From Terriglobia bacterium (GTDB lineage Bacteria > Acidobacteriota > Terriglobia > Terriglobales > Acidobacteriaceae): a stretch of DNA of 24,000 nucleotides. Positions 1-8,096 of the stretch are shown piece after piece. A program made the position numbers and the translations under genes. The number at the start of each line of letters is the position of its first letter. Position 1 is the first letter of the stretch. The DNA lies in the NCBI GenBank assembly GCA_963796205.1, contig CAWCKR010000004.1, forward strand, positions 742,726-766,725, written 5' to 3'. Under the pieces are notes generated by a model. The model was not told the origin of the DNA. It searched no databases and was given only the letters and a program-made list of their open reading frames with translations.

Positions 1-321
1 TAGACACAAGCAGGGGCGGGGAAAAGTTCTCCTCGCCTCTCTTTGCCCGCTTCTCTCGAATGAAAAGTCTCAAATCCAGACAAGAAGCTCTTCTCCGGTT
101 CTCGTCCCTTTTTTGGACTTAGTTCTTCCCCTGTAAATTCATTGAAATTTCGCCGGATTGCTAGTATGAAGGTCCCCAAAGACGCTTGGGACAAGGAATA
201 CCGTGTCTAAGGTTCAAGAAATCGGAGGCTCCGGGCCTCGGGTCGGAACTTCAGAGACAGGGTTTTGCTCTCCGGCTGATTTATGATTAGCTAAATCACT
301 TCCCAGGCGACAGGTGAAGCA

Positions 322-1128
322 ATGTTCGGAGCGGGACAAAATCTCCGCGGTGTTCGAGAGCGATTAGGACTGACCATGCGCGACGTAGAGAGCGCCAGTG
401 CTCGTATCGCGCAAAGGCATGGCAACGAAGAATTTCTGATCGGCCCGAGCCGGCTGTCTGACATCGAGACCAAAGGCATCATTCCCAGCATCTACCGGAT
501 TTACGCGCTGGCGATCATTTACCGCCGCGATCTTCATGAGATCTTAGGTTGGTACGGCGTCGATACTAATGAAGGGGCCGCCGACCTGGCTCTCGCTACT
601 CCTCCGAAGTCCCATCGCATGGAAGCTCTCGAACATGCCAGCGTGGTGCAAATGCCCACCCGGCTCGATCCCTCCTTCGATACGCGGCGCACCAGCAATG
701 TAGGGCGAATGATCGAACAATGGGGAGCGGTGCCGCTTTCTTATCTCGCCCAATTCGTAAACCATCACTTCACCTACGGATACATCGGCAGCGAGGATTT
801 CACCATGTATCCCATTTTGCCTCCGGGTACGTTTATCCAGGTCGACGAGTCGCGCAACAAAGTGATGGATGGAGTTTGGCGTTCCGAATATGAGCGGCCC
901 ATCTACTTCGTCGAAACGCGCGACGGGCACACTTGCTGCTGGTGCACGCTCAAACGTGAGAATCTGATTTTGCAGCCGCACCCTTTGTCGCCAGTCTCGG
1001 TGCGGGTGCTACGGCATCCGCAGGAAGCCGAAATCGTGGGCCAAGTGGTAGGCGTAGCAATGCGGCTCGGCGAATGGCAGGCTATCGAGGCTTTACCAGG
1101 TACGAAAGAACGCGCAACACTGAGTTGA
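322..1128 (+). CDS. XRE-family helix-turn-helix regulator with C-terminal LexA/CI (peptidase S24)-like domain, probably non-cleaving
   Basis: 268-aa ORF. The ATG is preceded by AGGTGA. N-terminal HTH_XRE-like segment (LRGVRERLGLTMRDVESAS...GPSRLSDIE). The C-terminus reads like the S24 beta-barrel (TMYPILPPGTFIQVDES, ILQPHPLSP, EIVGQVVGVAMRL). Confidence 0.7.
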   Translation: MFGAGQNLRGVRERLGLTMRDVESASARIAQRHGNEEFLIGPSRLSDIETKGIIPSIYRIYALAIIYRRDLHEILGWYGVDTNEGAADLALATPPKSHRMEALEHASVVQMPTRLDPSFDTRRTSNVGRMIEQWGAVPLSYLAQFVNHHFTYGYIGSEDFTMYPILPPGTFIQVDESRNKVMDGVWRSEYERPIYFVETRDGHTCCWCTLKRENLILQPHPLSPVSVRVLRHPQEAEIVGQVVGVAMRLGEWQAIEALPGTKERATLS

Positions 1129-1477
1129 GGTGCCTCGCCGATCCCGCCCCGGGATGCGAGGGCAAAAGCTTTTCCCCTCGTTCGTGCAGCTCTTTCGCAT
1201 ACTGTTCGGGGGGTACATTTTGAGCTTCGCTGGAATTCTCCGCGTCCCGAACCATGCGTCGCAAAGGCGTTCTCAGAACCTCTTCTGCTGTCGAACGGTG
1301 TGCTTCCGCGAGAGCCTCCTGCGCGGCGGCTTCCCCGTGAATCCGCGACAATCCCCAGTGGGCGTACTTTCCGTCCCTGCCGCGCAACCGGGCCAGATAG
1401 TCAAGCCTGCCGAGCAGGCCCGTAACCTTTCGCAAGGTAGTGTCTTTCAGGTCTTCGAGGGCGGAGTGCAATGGCAT
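1082..1477 (-). CDS. hypothetical protein, 131 aa
   Basis: Open frame with a helical, charged, protein-like composition, whereas the opposite-strand ORF 1130..1591 looks like a shadow. Convergent with the XRE gene and overlaps its 3' end by 47 nt. No family recognised. Confidence 0.45.
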   Translation of the reverse strand: MPLHSALEDLKDTTLRKVTGLLGRLDYLARLRGRDGKYAHWGLSRIHGEAAAQEALAEAHRSTAEEVLRTPLRRMVRDAENSSEAQNVPPEQYAKELHERGEKLLPSHPGAGSARHLNSVLRVLSYLVKPR

Positions 1478-1675
1478 ACGGCTTGTTCGGTTTCCGGAAA
1501 ACTGAAATATTCAACGCCCCATGCTAGATACAGGGGAGATTTATTGCACACTAACACGGTTGCAGTTCTCTGGAAAGGAGTAACCAGGTAACGGTTTGGC
1601 ATTTGCCGCTGCCCGCGACCGCACAGAAATTAGAACGGCCGGGCTTCGTCAGGAACGAGCCTTCTGTTCGGCTTC

Positions 1676-2296
1676 TTGCTTAACAATGCATTACTGAAGA
1701 CGGTGTTGTGCGAACCCCCGGAGGCGAGTTATGCTGCCGCTCTTGGCTTTGAAATGTTGATTACCGTTCTACTTATTTTCGTCGCTTGTTTGTTGCCTGT
1801 ACTGGTGTTCCTTATCACCCGCCGAAGGTCTTCGTTAAAAGTATTCTCCGGCGAATTTGTCGCTCAGTTGCATTTGGTCGACATTGAAGCCTTCTGTAAC
1901 CTCGTGGATCCTGACGAAGAGTCTTTTCTCCGAACGAATTTGCCTGCCGCGTTGTTTCGCTCCATCCAGCGCGAGCGTTTGCTGGCAGCCACTGACTATG
2001 TTGCCGCGGTTTCGCACAATGCGGCCATTCTGACCAGGTTGGGCGAGGCTGCACGCCATCATGCGGATGCCGGGGTCGCGCAAGCCGCCGAACAGCTTGC
2101 CAACCGGGCGGTTCGTCTTCGCCTCCACTGTTTGCTGGTCACCTTGAATCTTTGGACCGCCATCGCTTTGCCCGGCGCCAGCCTGTCCTCCGGTTCCTTC
2201 GTGGAACATTATGAACAGATTAACGGCCTGACCCGTAATCTACTCCGTCTACGCACTCCGGCGAGCAATTCCCAAGCCTCTGCTTCTGCCGGGTGA
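1676..2296 (+). CDS. hypothetical N-terminally membrane-anchored protein
   Basis: 206-aa ORF from TTG 1676. An in-frame ATG at 1754 (MLITVLLIFVACLLPVLVFLITRRR) would start directly at the single predicted TM helix. The remainder is Ala/Leu-rich and helical. No family recognised. Confidence 0.5.
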   Translation: MLNNALLKTVLCEPPEASYAAALGFEMLITVLLIFVACLLPVLVFLITRRRSSLKVFSGEFVAQLHLVDIEAFCNLVDPDEESFLRTNLPAALFRSIQRERLLAATDYVAAVSHNAAILTRLGEAARHHADAGVAQAAEQLANRAVRLRLHCLLVTLNLWTAIALPGASLSSGSFVEHYEQINGLTRNLLRLRTPASNSQASASAG

Positions 2297-2689
2297 CCGT
2301 ACCGTTCACTCGCAGATTTCATATACCCGATAATCCCGGACCTCGCAGGGAATTCCCCGCAGGAGCGGGCTCGCGGCGCCGACTTGTTCGTTTTTCGGAA
2401 CACGATGCGTACTTGAGGCGTCAAGGTGTGTGGGGTCCGTTAGAATCACCCGCAATCGGGTGTCATCCTGTGTCGGGGAATCCGGCCCTCGTTGATGACC
2501 AAAAGTCACCGGGTGAAAACCTTAGGTAAGTGTCCGGATTACTCGCTGTCACACGCCGCAACGTCTTAACGGGAGGACAGTCGGGTCCGTTCGGCGGTGG
2601 GTCTCTGGAAACATCGGTTCTGGTCGCAGGTCTCCTGCAGGCGGATTAGAGGCTGCAGTGGCGTCTTCAGTAGTTGCAAAGAACAGAAG

Positions 2690-2705
2690 TGGCGCTCCAA
2701 AAGCA
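2690..2705 (+). promoter_or_regulatory. weak candidate sigma-54 (-24/-12) promoter upstream of the response regulator
   Basis: TGGCGCtccaaAAGCA has GG and GC at the canonical spacing, about 90 nt upstream of ATG 2795. The -12 element is AAGC rather than TTGC. Confidence 0.2.
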
Positions 2706-2794
2706 TGCTGTGGATCGTCCCCACATCCATCGCGCGCTTGGCGAGCATTTTTCCGGAGCACGCGACAGGCGCAGCGAGCAGGCAAGAGGGCCCC

Positions 2795-4156
2795 ATGTTA
2801 AAGGACAGAATTCTTCTCGTGGAGGATGAACTGGCGGTTCGCGAGACCCTCAGTGACTTCCTGCAAAGTCGTAACTATGACGTGCTGGCCACCGGAACCA
2901 GTGCTGGAGCCGAACAGTTCTGGCGCGCCGGACATCCCGACGCTGCTGTGCTCGACTACTGTCTGCCCGACGGCAACGCCCTCGATCTCATCCCGCGCCT
3001 GAAAGCCATCGATCCCACCATCCCTATCATCATTCTCACCGGATACGGTTCCATTGATTTCGCCGTCGAGGCCGTGAAACTCGGCGCGGAGCACTTTCTC
3101 ACCAAGCCCATCGAACTGGCCACCTTGTCGCTGATGCTGCAACGTTGCATCGAAAACCAGCGCAACCGGCAGAAACAGCTCGCCGAAAAGAGTCGTTTGC
3201 AACGCCGTAGCTTTGATCTCTTTCTCGGAACCAGTTCCGCGATCACCAGGCTCGCGGAAACCGCCAGAAAGGTACTGTCGAGCGACAGCCCGATTCTGAT
3301 TCAAGGCGAAACCGGCACCGGCAAAGGACTCCTCGCCCGGTGGCTGCACCAGAATGGACCGCGCGCGTCCTCCCCCTTCGTTGACCTCAACTGCGGCGCG
3401 CTCTCAGGCGAGCTCCTGGAGACCGAACTCTTCGGACACGAACGTGGTGCATTCACCGGAGCTGTGCAAACGAAAACCGGATTGCTCGAGATCGCTCACA
3501 AGGGCACTGTATTTCTCGACGAAATCGGCGACGTCGATTTGCAACTGCAGCCGAAACTGCTGAAGGTTCTCGAAGAAAAGCAGTTTCGCCGCCTAGGCGA
3601 TGTCCGCGACCGCCGCGTCGATATCCGCCTGATCGCCGCCACCCATCAGGATATGGCGCGCCGGGTGCGTGACAAGCTTTTCCGCGGCGATCTCTACTTT
3701 CGCATCAGCGCGATTCCCCTTCTCACTCCGCCATTGCGCGAGCGCGTGGAAGACATTCCTATGCTCACTACCAGCATGCTTGGCCATTTGGCCGCCGATC
3801 TCGGTACCGGTTCCATTGAAGCGAGTCCCGCGACCATGCGCATGCTGCAGTCTTATTCCTGGCCCGGCAACATTCGAGAGCTGCGCAACGTGTTGGAGCG
3901 TGCCGTCCTCTTGAATGGCGGACACATCATTACCGAAAGAGATCTCCACTTTGACGTAGAGCCTGAAGCCGCCGGGTTCGGCGGGCCGGTGAAAACCCTC
4001 GAAGACATGGAGCGCCAATACATCGAGGAGATCCTCTATCTCGAAGGCGGCCGCGTCGAGCCAGCCGCTCGAAAACTCGGGATTCCCCGCAGCTCCCTCT
4101 ATCACAAGATCAAGCAATACGGAATTAACCGTCCCAGTGCGAGCCCGACGCGCTAA
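2795..4156 (+). CDS. sigma-54-dependent Fis-family response regulator (NtrC/AtoC class enhancer-binding protein)
   Basis: Receiver domain (ILLVEDE, VLDYCLPDG, LTKP). AAA+ sigma-54 interaction domain (Walker A GETGTGKG, GAFTGA loop in ERGAFTGA, Walker B VFLDEIGD). C-terminal Fis-type HTH (AARKLGIPRSSLYHKIKQYGI). ATG 2795 with an AAGAGGG RBS was chosen over the 66-codon upstream extension in the ORF track. Confidence 0.9.
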   Translation: MLKDRILLVEDELAVRETLSDFLQSRNYDVLATGTSAGAEQFWRAGHPDAAVLDYCLPDGNALDLIPRLKAIDPTIPIIILTGYGSIDFAVEAVKLGAEHFLTKPIELATLSLMLQRCIENQRNRQKQLAEKSRLQRRSFDLFLGTSSAITRLAETARKVLSSDSPILIQGETGTGKGLLARWLHQNGPRASSPFVDLNCGALSGELLETELFGHERGAFTGAVQTKTGLLEIAHKGTVFLDEIGDVDLQLQPKLLKVLEEKQFRRLGDVRDRRVDIRLIAATHQDMARRVRDKLFRGDLYFRISAIPLLTPPLRERVEDIPMLTTSMLGHLAADLGTGSIEASPATMRMLQSYSWPGNIRELRNVLERAVLLNGGHIITERDLHFDVEPEAAGFGGPVKTLEDMERQYIEEILYLEGGRVEPAARKLGIPRSSLYHKIKQYGINRPSASPTR

Positions 4157-5079
4157 GACCGGACTTGCCCAGCCTGGGCCGCTCGCTCCAACGCCGCCCG
4201 ATCCCACTTCCCCAGATTTGCGCCAGATTCGTAAGTGCTCTGCAGAAAATCCAGCAGCATGGTGCGCGGTGAGGCTGCTTTCCGGACGTCGTCATACATC
4301 AGGAAGAACTCTTTCATCTGCGGATGGTAAAACGCCTGTGATGGAAGAATCGCGCTCTTCGAAAATCCTTCCGGCTCCGGCGCTGCGTACACGTAGAAGG
4401 CCGCGCCTTGGATGTCGCCGCTGCCCGGCCAGAATCCCGCGCTAATCACTTCGTGCGAATAGGCCTCGCGCGTGACCGGATCCGCGCCCTCGCGCTCCGG
4501 CGCGCGTCGCCCTGAAAATCGCGTCACTGCCAGATCGAAACTTCCCCAGAAAAAATGCACCGGAGAATCTTTTCCGACGAACCGCCCGCGAAACTCCTTG
4601 AAGATCGTATCCACTGAAATCAGGGCGTGCCAGAAGCGGCTGACCGCATCTCGATCATAGGACGCATGGATGAAATCTTTATCGAACGCGATCGGATTCT
4701 GAACCTCGACCGGCATGTGCCAGATTTTCACGCGAATTCCCAGCGACTCCAACGTCGCCATGAACTCCTTGTAGAAATCTGCCACTGGTCGCGGTGCGAG
4801 CGCAATCGTCTTGCTGGTCGCGTTGCTCGTCTGGATTACCAAATTGTGATGAAGGAAATCGAATTCAATCTCGAAGATTCCGCGCTCGTAAGGAATCGCC
4901 GACGTCGTCAGCCCGCGGGCGCTGACATAAAGCGTGGATTCCCAGAAATGGTTTACCGGCGGAGCCAACGCCAAACGTACTTTGCCCACCATCTGCGTCC
5001 ACATGTGCAGCGTCGCGTAAGTGTCTTGCCACTCGGCCAGGGGCAAAGCCGGCCACGGATCATAAACAGAAGAACTCAT
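4153..5079 (-). CDS. DUF5996-like conserved protein of unknown function
   Basis: 308-aa ORF with a GGAGG RBS. The N-terminus (WPALPLAEWQDTYATLHMWTQMVGKVRLALAP) matches my recollection of the DUF5996 family. It lies 35 nt downstream of the hexosaminidase gene on the same strand, and its stop overlaps the regulator's stop. Confidence 0.6.
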   Translation of the reverse strand: MSSSVYDPWPALPLAEWQDTYATLHMWTQMVGKVRLALAPPVNHFWESTLYVSARGLTTSAIPYERGIFEIEFDFLHHNLVIQTSNATSKTIALAPRPVADFYKEFMATLESLGIRVKIWHMPVEVQNPIAFDKDFIHASYDRDAVSRFWHALISVDTIFKEFRGRFVGKDSPVHFFWGSFDLAVTRFSGRRAPEREGADPVTREAYSHEVISAGFWPGSGDIQGAAFYVYAAPEPEGFSKSAILPSQAFYHPQMKEFFLMYDDVRKAASPRTMLLDFLQSTYESGANLGKWDRAALERAAQAGQVRS

Positions 5080-5114
5080 GACAACCTCCTACGACTGGGG
5101 CGAAGACCTGCGAC

Positions 5115-7154
5115 TTACTTTGCGCTGGCTGCCCTGACCAGCTTTTCGATCGGTGGGGCCACCATCAGCAGCAACTGCGCCCGCGGTTTCTTCGCTTGCT
5201 CGGCCAAAGCCAGCAATTCCTTCGTCCAGTCGTCGGATGCAGCCAGCCCTTGGGAAACGAAGTCCATTGCCTGCAAACCACCTGCAGCCAGCGCCGCAAG
5301 ATTCTGCGAAATCGGAGCCACTTCCTGCAACAAGAATGACTTAGTTGCCAACGGCTGCAATTTGCTTTGATTGTCACGCCAGATCGTCAGCAATGCTCGC
5401 ATCCGGTTCTTCGTCGCGTCGTCTGCCTTGCCAGCCAGAAACTGGTCGACCATCTCCGTGAATTCCCGCGCCGTCGCGCTTTCCGGCCGTGCCGTATCCA
5501 CCAGTCGGTTCAGCGGAGTCGAACTGGTCGCCGGCGTCTTGGCTAGCTCTTCGCGCGCATAATCTTTCACTGGTTCCACCACGTCGGCCAGCACTCGCAC
5601 TGGACTCGCGTCGTCCGATCCCGCAATCCGCCGCAGCATAAGCGGATACACCGAATCATGCTTCAATCCCAGCAAGTCCAGGCGGCGCCGTATGATCTCC
5701 ATCCGCGCGTACATCGACGGCACATCTTGCACCGATGGCGCCGACCACAATCGCTCCGCAATCACCGCCGCCCTCGGCCAGATGCGGGCATCAATGTTTT
5801 CCGGCGAAGCGTACTCCGACCACATGCATGCCTCACCGCCCAGAATGCGCGACCGCTGCTCTGCACTCAAACCCGACGCCCCGTCGCCCAGCGGGTCCAC
5901 CGCATAATGCCGTGCCGCCGGCCACATCAAATCGAGATAGTAACCATACGAAAGCAGGCCGCGATATCCCTGCTTTGAAGCTTCCGCCAGCGACGCTTGT
6001 CCCCGCCACGACTGCACCACAGTGGTTTTGGGCAAGTCCGGCCGCAGAATTTCATCCCATCCCACCATCGTTTTGCCGTGGCGGCGAACAATCTCCTGCA
6101 CCCGCGCGTTGAAGTACGCCTGCAGATCTTGATTGTTCTTCAGGTTGTGAAGATGCATGAAGGCTTGAATCTTCGGATTCGCGCCCCACTGCTTGCCGGT
6201 TACCTCATCCCCTCCTATGTGGAAGTAGGGATCGGGAAACAGCTTGGCCATCTCTCCAATAAATCCCTCCAGGAATCGGTACGTGCGCTCTTGCGTCGGA
6301 TCCATCGCCGCATCGAAGATTCCCCAGGTGCGGGCAATCGAGTAAGTCCCCGGCTGGCTCGCTAGTTCGGGATATCCTACGAACCAGGATGTAGTGTGTC
6401 CTGGCATATCGAATTCCGGAACCACGCGGATGCCGCGGTCACGAGCGTAGGCGATCAGGTCGCGTACTTCTTCCTGCGTGTAATAAAGTCCGTCGGAGCC
6501 CATCTGCTGCAGGTTGGGAAATTTCTTGCTCTCGATGCGAAATCCCTGGTCGTCCGACAGGTGCCAGTGAAAGACGTTCATCTTCAGCGCCGCCATGCCG
6601 TCGAGATTTCGCTTGAGCACGTCGAGAGGAATGAAGTGGCGGCTTACGTCGATCATCAGGCCGCGCCACGCAAAACGCGGCTGGTCACGAATTGTGACCG
6701 CCGGCACCGCAAATCCCTCAGGGGTAATTTTTACCAGTTGCAGAAAAGTTTCGAGCCCGCGTATGGCTCCCAGAGTGTTCGCCGCGCTCAGCGTGGCTCG
6801 CGTGCTGGTCACCTCGAGCGCGTAGGATTCATCCTCCCCTGGCTCCTGCACATCTTTGCTGATGGCCTCGGTGCGAATCACCAGGTTCGCTTTCGACACG
6901 TCGGCCAGTCCCACATCGTCCGGCAGCATCCCGGTTTCCTTGTGCAGTTTCTCGGTGAAAATCTCCACCGCGTGCTGCAGTCTCACTTCGGTGTTTCCGG
7001 TAACGGCGACCGCGAATGTGGGAGTGATCGGAAGCTGGCCTTCTCCGGCCTTAACGCTGGCGGGAACCGGCATCAAATTGAAAAGACCTTCCTGCGCGGG
7101 AACCAAGGGTGCGAGCATGGCGAGCAATAGCAGAATCAGATTTGGCGTTCGCAT
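5115..7154 (-). CDS. secreted glycoside hydrolase family 20 beta-N-acetylhexosaminidase
   Basis: 679-aa ORF with a signal peptide (MRTPNLILLLLAMLAPLVPAQE). GH20 catalytic-domain motifs: RGLMIDVSRHF, FHWHLSDDQGFR, HIGGDEV. Confidence 0.9.
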   Translation of the reverse strand: MRTPNLILLLLAMLAPLVPAQEGLFNLMPVPASVKAGEGQLPITPTFAVAVTGNTEVRLQHAVEIFTEKLHKETGMLPDDVGLADVSKANLVIRTEAISKDVQEPGEDESYALEVTSTRATLSAANTLGAIRGLETFLQLVKITPEGFAVPAVTIRDQPRFAWRGLMIDVSRHFIPLDVLKRNLDGMAALKMNVFHWHLSDDQGFRIESKKFPNLQQMGSDGLYYTQEEVRDLIAYARDRGIRVVPEFDMPGHTTSWFVGYPELASQPGTYSIARTWGIFDAAMDPTQERTYRFLEGFIGEMAKLFPDPYFHIGGDEVTGKQWGANPKIQAFMHLHNLKNNQDLQAYFNARVQEIVRRHGKTMVGWDEILRPDLPKTTVVQSWRGQASLAEASKQGYRGLLSYGYYLDLMWPAARHYAVDPLGDGASGLSAEQRSRILGGEACMWSEYASPENIDARIWPRAAVIAERLWSAPSVQDVPSMYARMEIIRRRLDLLGLKHDSVYPLMLRRIAGSDDASPVRVLADVVEPVKDYAREELAKTPATSSTPLNRLVDTARPESATAREFTEMVDQFLAGKADDATKNRMRALLTIWRDNQSKLQPLATKSFLLQEVAPISQNLAALAAGGLQAMDFVSQGLAASDDWTKELLALAEQAKKPRAQLLLMVAPPIEKLVRAASAK

Positions 7155-7221
7155 GGTCAGACGTTCTTAGTAACTTGCCCGGCTGCCGTCGGGCTCAAAA
7201 CCTCGATCTTTTCTGTCGCAC

Positions 7222-7244
7222 TGCAAAGTTTTGCGCAATTGCAA
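7222..7244. promoter_or_regulatory. dyad-symmetric sequences, possible enhancer/operator in the divergent hexosaminidase / PEP-CTERM intergenic region
   Basis: TGCAAA-GT-TTTGCG overlaps TTGCGCAATTGCAA, which contains the perfect palindromes TTGCGCAA and GCAATTGC. They lie about 65-90 bp upstream of the -24 element at 7309. Confidence 0.2.
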
Positions 7245-7308
7245 GAACCTGTAACTATTATCGTCTCTAGCTTCATGAAAACAATTGGGCTTTCCGGAAC
7301 ACTTCGAA

Positions 7309-7324
7309 TGGCGCACCAGTTGCT
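7309..7324 (+). promoter_or_regulatory. sigma-54 (-24/-12) promoter
   Basis: TGGCGCaccagTTGCT against the consensus TGGCAC-N5-TTGCW: one mismatch and exact spacing. It sits about 65 nt upstream of GTG 7389. Confidence 0.5.
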
Positions 7325-7388
7325 GCACTTCCTCACAGCGCAGGTCTCGGCGGCCCCCGGACAAATCAGACCTGCAGGAGCCACCTCT

Positions 7389-7934
7389 GTGAATCGTTCT
7401 ATCAGGTTTTCGCGCCTTTTGTTCGTTTTCATTGCTCTGGCCGTTTTTGCCACGGCGGCGTACGCAGACTCCAGCCTCGACCCCACGATCATCATTCGCG
7501 ATCCCGCGTGCCCGACGCCGGGCTGCATTTCGGTCGGCCAGAACTTCACTTTCGGCGTCCCCAACAGCGGGCAGGGAACCCTGTTCTTCACCAACGCCTC
7601 GGGCATCGACTGGAACAACCTTAAGCTCACCGAGAGCGGCGTCTCGGCCAACGTGATTGGCTGCACCACCACCGCGTTCGCGAATTGCACGGTCTCGACG
7701 GTGAATGGAGTGACCACGATCTTCCTGTCGGGTGTGAACCAGAATTTCCTCGGCATCACCAACGGAGAGAACTTCTCCATTGTCTTTGGATGCGTGGAAG
7801 GAACCTGTTGGCCCGGTGGCCTGGACTTTACCGCCACCGCTAACGTTCCTGAGCCCGCGACCATGGCTCTGCTGCTGACCGGACTCGGCGGAATCGTCAC
7901 TCGGCGCCGCTGGGGTAAGCGTCCTGCTGCCTAA
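7389..7934 (+). CDS. PEP-CTERM sorting-domain secreted protein
   Basis: C-terminal VPEPATMALLLTGLGGIVTRRRW gives the PEP motif, a TM helix and an Arg cluster. Signal peptide FSRLLFVFIALAVFATAAYA. GTG 7389 with AGGAG 8 nt upstream was preferred over the ORF-track ATG 7239, because the upstream in-frame codons overlap the sigma-54 promoter. Confidence 0.8.
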   Translation: MNRSIRFSRLLFVFIALAVFATAAYADSSLDPTIIIRDPACPTPGCISVGQNFTFGVPNSGQGTLFFTNASGIDWNNLKLTESGVSANVIGCTTTAFANCTVSTVNGVTTIFLSGVNQNFLGITNGENFSIVFGCVEGTCWPGGLDFTATANVPEPATMALLLTGLGGIVTRRRWGKRPAA

Positions 7935-7960
7935 CCAACGGCGATAAAAACCAATTGATT

Positions 7961-7998
7961 GGACGGCACGAGTTCGCTCGTGCCGTCCGCGTTTGTTG
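7961..7998. terminator. stem-loop terminator between convergent genes
   Basis: GGACGGCACGAG-ttcg-CTCGTGCCGTCC is a 12-bp perfect stem with a TTCG loop, followed by gcgTTTGTTg. A T-run also lies on the other strand a few nt away. Confidence 0.5.
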
Positions 7999-8096
7999 CC
8001 TAACAAGACTCGCCGATCAGGATTTTGCGTGGCGCAAGACTTCCCGCGCTTGCGAACGACATCGTGAATGAATCCGCGCTTTCGCCCCCAGGGTGC

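Noticed and set aside
1-321. Less GC-rich leader with a possible TTGAAA -35 box (153-158), a 14-codon ORF (167-211) and a 7-bp inverted repeat (TAGACAC at 1-7, GTGTCTA at 203-209).
   Set aside because: The -10 candidates have poor spacing or sequence, the mini-ORF lacks an RBS, and a 7-bp repeat at 200-bp distance is expected by chance.
1471-1486. Sigma-54-like motif TGGCATacggcTTGTT on the + strand, and TGGCATTTGCCGCTGC at about 1603.
   Set aside because: The first has GT instead of the invariant -12 GC and coincides with the start codon of the minus-strand gene. The second has the wrong GG-to-GC spacing.
2297-2690. About 400 bp of apparently non-coding DNA upstream of the regulator, examined for a structured RNA, a riboswitch or a broken histidine-kinase gene.
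   Set aside because: It holds only trivial palindromes (GGGAATTCCC, two CTGCAG sites). No frame gives protein-like sequence, and I could recognise no known RNA motif.
2597-2794. The 66-codon N-terminal extension of the response-regulator ORF in the six-frame track.
   Set aside because: The extension (MGLWKHRFWSQVSCRRIRGCSG...) is not protein-like. The receiver domain begins right at ATG 2795, which has its own RBS.
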